A DNA stretch of 62,807 nucleotides, the filler included, from Platydemus manokwari (lineage: Eukaryota), in assembly GCA_037951405.1 (NCBI GenBank). It is 5 parts of 5 records of this genome, joined end to end, with 100 filler letters (N's around TTAATTAATTAA, not from the genome) between each part and the next. Parts side by side here need not be neighbours in the genome. Positions count along the whole stretch, not along the records: positions 12,184 to 25,038 come from JBBMOY011940271.1; 4 more parts are not named here. One strand, written 5' to 3'. A program made the translations under genes and the position numbers. Positions 14,931-25,138 of this stretch are shown here, one piece after another. The notes under the pieces are model-generated. The model had not been told where the DNA came from and did not search any database. It saw only the letters and a list, made by a program, of their open reading frames with translations. How positions within the stretch are numbered: position 1 is the stretch's first letter; each line of letters begins with the position of its first letter.

Positions 14931-17479
14931 GAGAAGGCAGTTGAGATAAAAACAAATAAATTTCAATATAAATAATCGATCACAGATTTTGATTTTATTC
15001 ACGATTTTTGGCTTTACTAGTATTTCTAGAAATATAAATAAATTTATATCAATTATTATTTATATAAATTCAAACATCTGGATTGTGTTGTATATCATTT
15101 GATGTGAGGAATATTTAGTCCAGTGGAGACTACTGAATACATTATTCTCGAATTAATATTGCCGCTGACATTGTTGTATCATATTAAGTCTAAATATAAA
15201 GTAATTTCTGACACTATCCGAGAATTACAAGACTTTATATCTAATAATAATAATTTATTATCATAATATTATTATTATTTGTTGAAAATGACTAAATATT
15301 TATAATTTTATTTACACATTTAAATCAATATTTAAATAAATTTTCAATCAATAAACGAATTTTATATTGGCTTTATAATTCAACAAAAGTCCTTAAATAA
15401 CACTCGCAATAATATCTTTGAGGCTAAGATAATAACCATTGATAAACACCCCATTCACAATGTCTAACAAGGTTATCAGAAATGTAATTGTATTGATTTT
15501 TTTTGAAAAACTTTGGACCAATCAATTAATTTCAATTCTAGGAAGTCGTATTGCGTAAGAAACAACCGCGTGAGATATTCGGTCTTACTCTATCATATAG
15601 TGCTTTGTCCGCTAGCGATAATTCAGAATCAGAGGTTTATATCAGTGCAGTAAGTTGTGATTTCATTTTAAAATAAAAAAACGATCCAAATTAAACCGGC
15701 TGATCCTGTTACAGATGTATCAGTGAACGTCGATATTTATCCAATCTAACACTGGCCAGTATTATTCATTAGTTTACACACAGTGACACATACATACAGA
15801 GATACACACAGACATCATATAACTTTATGCATTAGTGATATAAAGTTGTTAGACACCTGGTCCAATTATCCGTGCACTTGATATGTCGATTGTAGCCCTG
15901 CACAAAAGTCTCGTGTATCCAAATAGACAAGCGAAATCAGAAAATCGCCCCTCAATATCAGGCCGCGATCACGAAAAATATTTTTTTATTTGGATATAGT
16001 TTTATATCAGATTTCTTTCTTGATAAACGGTTGAGGAGAGCGACATAGCAGTGAATCTCGCCCAACATTGAAATAATGCGCGCGTTTTTTGTCTGTGTTG
16101 ATTGATGTTTTTAAATATCATCAATGCATTGATCTTGAATGATTTCCTTGATAATAATTATCGATCTAATCTTGTGGCGCTGTTTGGAACGGAAAATCTA
16201 TAGTGAATTTTTCAAAAATCATTTGTGAAAACCCTACAATTTGGAATCAATAATATAAACAAATAATTTTGATTTCAAAGACAATAATCGATTAATGTTT
16301 ATTTTTTTATTATCGTGCAGATTTTTCTATTTTTTTACAAATGAAGTTTTCGTGGACTTATATTTTGCTGAGATTCGTAACCTCGATACTGGTGCGGAGG
16401 AACCAGAGAATTTTTTGTTTCCTTCAATTTATCAGTCTCTATTGGACAGCCGCCCCTGGGGCAGCTGATTAAGACTAATCATGACTTTAAGTTTCGATTG
16501 AGAGAAAACGATTACTGAAAATCTCGTCAATTGTACTGGATTGCGAATTAGCTGCTAAGGGAATCGAATTTGCATCAGATGAAATTTTTCGTTATATTTT
16601 TGCAAAAGAATTAACTCAAACATGGCTATTTTTTTTCTTGTTTAACAAATGTTCAAAGCCTTCATGAAAATTTGATAACAGATGAATAACAGGAACATTG
16701 ATCGGTTTGAATTAATTGCTCCAGTTCGGTGATGGGAGTCACATTTCATCTGGTTGCATCTGTTGAAATATATCAGCAATTTTGGTTACATTCGATACCA
16801 GCTCTACCCACTTCGTACTCCCTCTTGGATTTCTGTTTGTTTACTTTCTTAATTACTAATCTATTGTCAATGGATTTTCATGACAATATCGTAACGAATG
16901 GAAAATCTCATTAAAATTAGTTTTTTGTGATTGGTTTTATCAATCATTTTGAGTCAACGACGGAACAATAATATTCGTCATCAATCGCTATTGTTGAGCT
17001 CGCTTATATTTACAATAACCCAATAAAATAAAAATGTAATTGATTGATCAATATATGAGATGTGATAAAATACATCAATTCATTTGGGCAACGATTTTTT
17101 ATATTTATCATAGAATTTTTCTGCATTTTTGCAGTCATGGAAACCAAACCAAGCGAATATTTTTAGTGTTTTGGACCAATAGAATCATTCTTATTTTGTT
17201 AGTAATGATAATAGAGAAGTCTAAAATCTTATTATTTGTCGGGATAATCGATAGTTTAATAAATTTTGGGAAATATTTTATTAGTAGATGGATTCAGTTT
17301 AAAATTCGAGTTAATTTATTTTATAAAATACTAATGCCATGCTATCAATGGGAACTTTGCTCAATGTCGTTCACTTGAAACCAATTTTTAAGATATTTCG
17401 AGTATATGAGTCATGGTAATGAACCCGAAAAGATATTCTACTTCAAACTTTAATCTCCATAAAAGTAAAATCAATACAC

Positions 17480-18156
17480 CAGACATAAAATCGCCATCAT
17501 AAAATCTTTCAAAGTCAGCAATAACTTGTCAATATGGGGTACGAACGGCTATTTTATTGACACGATATCCGATGAATATTTCCAACAATTTCATACACTG
17601 ACTAATTTGGGATGAACCTCATAGGTTTGATTGACAGATTTATCTTGAGCCGGTGTCATGCAAATGAATCATTTAAGCCACATCAGAATTAAAAAATACA
17701 CACGAACGTCAAACGGTTTATTAAAATAGGAAATAATATTCATTCATTGACAGGACATGTCGACTGCTCGATCCGAATCGACATATCCAAATAATTATAA
17801 GCTAGTGAACATTATCAATACAATTTAACAATAAATCTGATCAACAAGCAGAATTTTATCCATGGTAACAATAACTAGACTCTTTCAGACATTAATTCCA
17901 CTAAAATAATGATATACACGACGGATAAATAAATCGATTTAAAAAATGCCAACAGCAACCTCATACCGGATATTAATTTTATGTTGCTATGTAGATCGAG
18001 CCAAACAGTGTTGCGAAAAAAGAGCCCAATATTCATCTTGGAGACCAGATTTTACAGATCAATAACGTTGATGTTCATTCAAAAGCTCAAGTTGTTTCAT
18101 TGTTTCAAAAATGCGGTCTGGAGGTTCGGTTACTGCTGGGACGTCCAAATATCATT
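17480..18156 (+). pseudogene. PDZ-domain gene fragment (PDZRN3/PDZRN4/PDZD4-like), probably decayed
   Basis: Clean 162-nt exon 17995-18156 (tag|...|gtgagt) encoding IEPNSVAKKEPNIHLGDQILQINNVDVHSKAQVVSLFQKCGLEVRLLLGRPNII. This resembles the PDZRN3-type PDZ ([33 protein letters not shown]). Upstream PDZ-like sequence (LSIWGTNGYFIDTISDE; DINSTKIMIYTTD) is frameshifted and lacks a GT donor. Confidence 0.6.
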
Positions 18157-21100
18157 GTGAGTGGAATTTTTGTTTGAATTTATTAGAAATTATTAATATT
18201 TCTGTCATGAAAAATATATTTAAACGATGACAATGGACCAAATAATCATTGTAATCATTAATATGGATTATCAAGTTTAACTCGTTATTAATATTGATGA
18301 AAAATGATTAACAAATTGGACATGAAGTGAATGAAATATATATCATTGGAAATTTTGAATAAATTATCGATTGACGGGCTAACTTATTGTTTTATCCAAA
18401 CTGAATGCCACAATCATCACAACCAAAATTGATCATTAATAAAATAAATTGCAATCAATCGATAAATCAAATTTTATTGTCATAATTTTTAAAATTTATC
18501 TTTCTTAAGTGATGATATATAATCATGTATCATACTGATAATATTAATAATAATAATAAACAATTATAATAATAATTTATATGATTTATAATAAATAATT
18601 ATAATTATTCGCTGTCATTATTTTTATAAATAAAATTTTTAATTTTTTGAGTGTTTTGCAAAATTCTATATAGTTTATTTAATTATATTCTTTAAAAACA
18701 TTTTGAATTTTTTATTTAATTATTTAAGAAATCAAGTAAATAAATAAATACACCAAACTTTAAAATCTACTAAAATTTTATTATTTGAAAAATGGATAAA
18801 AGTAGGTCGAATTGCAATTTATTGAAAATTAGCGAGGACCCCTTTTTAACATTAGAAGCAAATTGAGAGATAATATCAATTTTTACAATTATTTTATAAA
18901 AATAAGCAATGATATTATTAAACATGTCTGTAATTAACTAACTCGAGTTATAATTATAAAAATTTAGATTTAAAAACTCAAATAATCATATAGAAATGTT
19001 GTGATTAGAATGGGAACTTGGTTTTAAAACTATGTTTTGTCAATATTAGATATCTTTAAAAATGAGATATTAACTGAATTATACGAATAAATCAAACATT
19101 ACAATTATATATAAAATAAATTTATAAAATTATGTCATGCGCGAAAATTCATTATAACAAAAGTATGTCAAAGGACCCTTTTTCTTAACTTAATCCCAAT
19201 TTTCAAAACATCAATTTAAATTGAAAATCAAAATTTAAACAACTTATCTAAAACCAGAGCATATTTCTAAATTTTAAAACACATTTAATTTATAAAATAT
19301 AAAAAATTTATAGTATTATAACTATTTTTATCCAATAAAATTATTTATCCAAATAAATTCTCATTAAATATTTTTCTGCTGTAGTTTCGAATTTTGATTT
19401 TAAAATCTTAACACATGGAATTGATAAAATTAATAGTATGAATGATACTGAGACCATCCCAATTGAATCGCTATTATAATCTTACTATGGTAAACTTCTA
19501 CAAGCCCCGATTAAAATTAATTTTATTTCATTAAAATTTATCTCGTTACTAAAAGTAAAATGCTTTATATTTTCATTTTTATCCCACAGAAAAGTCTTTG
19601 AATAATTTTAGATAAATGTCCTTCAAAAAAAACTTAACTGATAATAAATCTTTCATCTAATGAATTAACCGTTAAACCGGGTGACAATGAACTGACAAAT
19701 TGTCTAAAATTGGACTAAGGGAAAAAATCCCATTGAACACTATTATGCAAAAATAATTGATTCGTTCCGTAGTTTATTAATTTTTACTGATATTCAATAA
19801 ATTAAGGAAAATGCATTCCAAATCATTATCAGCTTGATCATTATCGAAATTTAGTTATTTCAATTAAATGCCCTATCAAACTCTTTCATAAATTCAGCTA
19901 TGATATTATAATTTATCACAAATTGGAGTTGAAGATATATTTGTAATGAAATGAGTTTTCCTCGACATTATAGAATAATAAAGTTATAACTAGATATCGA
20001 ATTGTGATATAAAATAAAATCTATCTCACTGTGAATATTATCCTATTAAATTAATATTTTATTCATGTAATCGTTATATTATAATAATATTTTTTTCCTT
20101 ATCTTTGTTGAGACTTTTATTAAATTAATTTTTACAAATTAATATCTTATTGGTCTTTCTTTTGTCCTTATTTTACGGGATTAATAAATTTCTTAGCATT
20201 ATAATTGCCACGGTAACTAAAATAAAAGATAAATATTTTGTAAGTAATTTTAGAGAAACTAATCAAAATATAATAATCGAGGTCTTAAAAAATAATTGAT
20301 TTCCGATGATACCACTATTTTTTCAAGAAGTTTATAATAAAAAGTTCGTTTGAAAATGTTTTGTCATTGATAAGGTTTTGTTAGGTGAATTGGATACTTT
20401 GAACTTTCTCAATATTTGCTATAGTCACTCAATATTGGGTTTCATTCCAGTTTTTAATCAAATTAATTTTAGATGAACTACGAAGCTACTTTTTCGAAGA
20501 TTTGGAATAATCAATCATTTTTACTTAATCGATTATCGGACCTGAGATTGCTGGAAAATATTGATCTGCTATGTATAAAGAAACAATGCAGTTAATCTTC
20601 TTATCCAGAACTTTCTATGCTTGATGTATGGAAGATGCCTCAGCATCTGTCATAGGCAAGTAAGCAATAAAGTTGAAATAGAATATTTTTCTGTCGCTGA
20701 TTCCAAAGTAATATTTGAATAAAAATGATGACAAAAATAAAGTTATTGTAAAACATATATTTATTTATATAAATGGTAACTATAGTATCGATAGATGCTG
20801 CACGCCATTAACTTAGTTAACATAAAGCCAGGAAAGTTACATAATATTCACAAAAAAAATTTTATGGAGATGTTTTGCATTGTCAACAAACTAGTTCAAT
20901 TTTCGCAATTCAAGATCAATAAACGAAGCAACTCGGTATTCACCGCTTTATCGCATATATCTAATATATACGTATTCACTCATCAACTTAGAATTTCTAT
21001 CACCAACATCATAATTAATGAATGAAAAAGATTATGAAACCACAATGAAAAAACGAATGAAGGAAAATATATTAACATGTGCAATTGAATTTGAAGTTTA

Positions 21101-23067
21101 AACCAGTTACCACAATAAGAAGGCATAAAATCGCAGAATTAAGATAGTAGATGAAGTAAGAGGCCATACGAAGTTGTAAAAGTATCTGACACTAATTTGT
21201 TCAGTGGTTCACATAAACAGGTGCAAAAGGTAGAATAAGAGCAACCAATCGTTAATAAGAAAAATAAACCTTAAGAAAACAGCAAGCCACACACAAAAAT
21301 ATGTTCTAAACATAAATACAAAAGGGAAGGACAGTAAAGAAAATTATAAAATGAAAGCACGAAAGATGTTAACCAAGATAATCCAAGTAATAATTGTATG
21401 TGCAATAATTAGTTTACTAATAAATCTAAAAGGCGTACAAAATCATATCATTCAGGAAGAATAAGTTCTAAGAATAATAACCAAAGTAAAGTAAATGTAC
21501 CAGTAATCAGTAGGCCTGTAGAAACAGTAAAGAAAATCACAACTACAATAGCAATATTGACAAAGGAGACATCGTACATCACATAAACATCTCAACCAAC
21601 TGTGAAATCGTATATCAAAGAAAGTCAAGAATACATATAGAAAGTAATAAATCAAAATTAGAATTACAACATGAGTGGAATTAGAGGAAATTGATAGATA
21701 TAATACAATTAAAAAATAAAAGAAAAATAGTAGAGATCATTATATAGGAATGTGTAAGAAATTATAAGCGAGAGAAGTTACAATTCATAACTATAGTATG
21801 AAAATGGGAAAAAAGACATCAACAATATCTAATTTTATATAAATAATAATGTATATTTTTTACACAATTAATCGTCATTTACAAACATTGATCAATTCTT
21901 TACAAATAATTAATCGTTCGTAAGATAATCGCAAGATAAATATGAAGGTCAAAATCAAGAGTCAAAAATTGTATGTCAAATATTCATAAGTCAAATTTTT
22001 ACAAATGTTTGATAGTAGATATGCAGATCAAATGAATATTGGGTGGATTTGGAGATTTTGGGATCGTAGATTTTGCGGATCGAATGAATGTTTGGATTGA
22101 AACAGAATCACCAGTATTTATTTGAATCTTCCATTGACCTCAAACTTCTAAACCCATATTCCAGTTCTTCTTTCCTCGCGTTTTCCACTGTCGTTTGAAA
22201 TGTGGGTCACTATCAGCTTCTTGAGCACTGCCTCTTTTTGACACTGTTTATTTATGGTTTGAGATACTTGTGGTGTTATTTGTGCCGTTTGGGATTGAGA
22301 TATTTGATGTATTATTTCTGTTGGTTGAGATTGGAATGCTATTTGTAGGAGTTTTATATTGGTTGTTTTACTCTTTCATGCACCTTATCAGCTGATGGTG
22401 ATGGAAATCTTTTCATCTTCGCTCTCCTCATTATCTAAGTAGAGCACTAACCGGTCTATGGTTTTCCAGCAATATAATATAACTCGTTTGACTGATAACA
22501 CAAGAGAAATGACAAGAGTAAATTGCTTAAACCTATAAAGTTTGCAATAAAACCATCAATAACCTATATACATCAAATATTATTTAATTTAAACTTGAGA
22601 ATATACTAATAATTTCAGGTACCATTTCAAATGACCTTTATATATCATATGTTTTCAGGTGGATTTAAATACATTCCAAATGGAATTTGAAATCTAGTAG
22701 AAATATACTTTTAAATAAACTGAACGAAAATATAATTAAACAGCCTATTAATTGTCAAATATTTACAACTGCAGTTGTTGGATTAACTGGCAAAAAAATA
22801 CTCCACATATCAACGTATATCCTTCTGTGATCTAAAAGTCTCTAATAAATATTTATTATTATAAATAGCCAATTTATTTCATTAATTTTAAAATATAAAT
22901 CTTCTTACTAATTTATTGTTTTCTATAATTCATAAAGAATATTTTTTTACCATTAATAAAGTTTTCAAATAAAAAATCAATAGATTTTCCAAACACATTC
23001 CTAAAATTCTAGTCCCAATTCGAGTGATATATATTTTTTGCCTTTCATCTATTGATTATTTTTTCTA

Positions 23068-24766
23068 TTATTTTCCTATAATATAATCTAACACTTTCAC
23101 TTTTTTAAGTGTTTTCAATAAATATTCCATTTCATGGCGACGATAATCAGACATTTGGGAATTCGATGTACTGGTTTTAGATGATTTGCTCTCAGAAGAA
23201 GAATCAATTGATTTCGTGAGATCTATTGCTGGATTATTAGTATTCAAATTGAAATCCGATGTCGTATTTTTCATGAGATTTACTGAATTATTTATTTTGT
23301 TTTTTATCGATTTACTTTTATCGGATTCATTTTCCTTATCCAATCGATTATCACCCATGTCTTGATAATCGACTTTCAATTTCAAGATTTTATTCTTTAT
23401 CTCTTCAAATTCCAATTCTTCCATTCCTTCTTCAACATACCAATGAATGAATGATTTTTTCCGATATAAACAATCGAATTTTGTATTGATTCGACTCCAT
23501 ACTTGTTCGATAGCTGATGAATTACAAAACATGGTACAGTTCTTATTTGAAAGCGCCAATTCCTTTCCAATAGCCGACGGTGGCATTGAACTGATACCAA
23601 CTTTAAAACCCGTTGGACACCAATCCACGAATTGGATGTTCTTTTTTTGTTTAATTTCCTGCAACGCTCCATTGATTTCTGTGGGAAGCACCAAGCCACG
23701 GTATTGCAAACAACAAGCCATATATTTGCCATCGTTGGTATTGCATTTGATCAATTGATTACCGGGATCAAACAGATCATGAGTGATATTAATTGTCGTT
23801 ATATTATCATGATCGACTTTCACCTGGTCGGACATGGGTGAAAAATTAATGAATGGAAAATGCAATCGGGGATATGGAACCAAATTCGTTTGCAAATGTG
23901 TCAAATCATGATCGAGCGATGAACCGAATCGAAGAGTAACCGTTAATGAACTCAATATTTGTGATACAAGTCGATTGACATTGGTATATGTTGGTCGATA
24001 GACATTCATTTTACTAAAACAACCCTCAAACATGGCTTCATTGTCAAATAACAATGCCAAATCGATTATTTCGATGGACGTTATAGCGGATAGGATACAG
24101 TTATACGGTTCGACAACAGCTGTCGATATGTGTGGAGATGGGAAAATTATTGCGCCGACTTTGGTATTTTTGGGAAATTCATTACTCATATAATCGAGAG
24201 CCAAATTGGAAAACCCTGAACCGGTGCCACCACCATAACTATTAACAATCACAAATCCATGAAGACAATCACAGTTACGAATCAGTTTAGTCAATTGAGC
24301 TATAAAATCATCGATTTTTCGTTTACCAATGGAAAAATAACCGCGAGCAAAATTATTTGAAGCATCTTCAATGCCACTCATTAACATATCAGGATGCCAT
24401 AAATTCCTATATGGTCCAGACCGTATTTCATCTACAAGATAATCCATATTCATCAATTTGAATTGAAGTGAAAAATTTATAACCAATAACAGTTGGTTCG
24501 AGATCTAAATTAATTGATCTCGGAGTGAATTTGTATGGTTTGGTTTCTTGGAAAATAGTATGTAGGCCAGTGAAAAAATCATCTTTATTATGAAGACTTT
24601 CAGTTCGACTTTGACCACAACAATCTAAGCCGTGTTCTACACAAAATAATTCCCAAACAGCATCACTTATTTGACAACCAGCTTGACCAAAATTTAAGCA
24701 GATTATTTCTTTCTGAACAACAGAGTTTTAAAGGAATTACTCTCAAAGATATATTATTACTATCAT
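23068..24766 (-). CDS. Divergent alpha-tubulin, 532 aa, 3 exons: complement(24761-24766, 24484-24712, 23068-24431)
   Basis: Spliced protein [108 protein letters not shown]. Introns of 48 and 52 nt are GT-AG and lie just after the start codon and within the D76 codon, as in many animal alpha-tubulins. Total length 1599 nt is in frame. The alpha-specific S9-S10 loop insertion is present. Confidence 0.95.
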
Positions 24767-25038
24767 ATTAGATATTAGATATTAAAGTCTTTGTGGATTT
24801 CAATAAATCTATATTCATTCTATTGATTATTATTTTACCAACGCGACTTAAATATTAAATTCAATTGAAAAAAATATAACAGTATTGAAGGGAAATAGAT
24901 AATTATAAGTTAATTTTTCTCATAGAAGGCACTTAAATAAAATAATAATTATTAAAAATGATATGCATTGACGAATTCATGAGAAATTACATTATAACTA
25001 GTTTTATAAATTCTCTTATTAGAATGATAAAACAAATT

Positions 25039-25138
25039 NNNNNNNNNNNNNNNNNNNNNNNNNNNNNNNNNNNNNNNNNNNNTTAATTAATTAANNNNNN
25101 NNNNNNNNNNNNNNNNNNNNNNNNNNNNNNNNNNNNNN
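25039..25138. other. Artificial contig linker
   Basis: 44 N + TTAATTAATTAA + 44 N. Confidence 0.97.

Noticed and set aside
13480-18160. Alternative genetic code or massive RNA editing as an explanation for the many broken ORFs
   Set aside because: Tubulin, BLTP1 and CNH exons translate cleanly with the standard code. The broken blocks contain all three stop codons plus frameshifts, as expected for pseudogenes.
23397-23841. Overlapping alternative-frame and antisense ORFs (111, 103 and 69 aa) in the tubulin gene
   Set aside because: Shadow ORFs of a GC-richer coding region with no recognisable motifs.
24432-24486. ORF-track N-terminus MVINFSLQFKLMNMDYLV for the tubulin
   Set aside because: This is read-through of intron 2; the true N-terminus lies in upstream exons.
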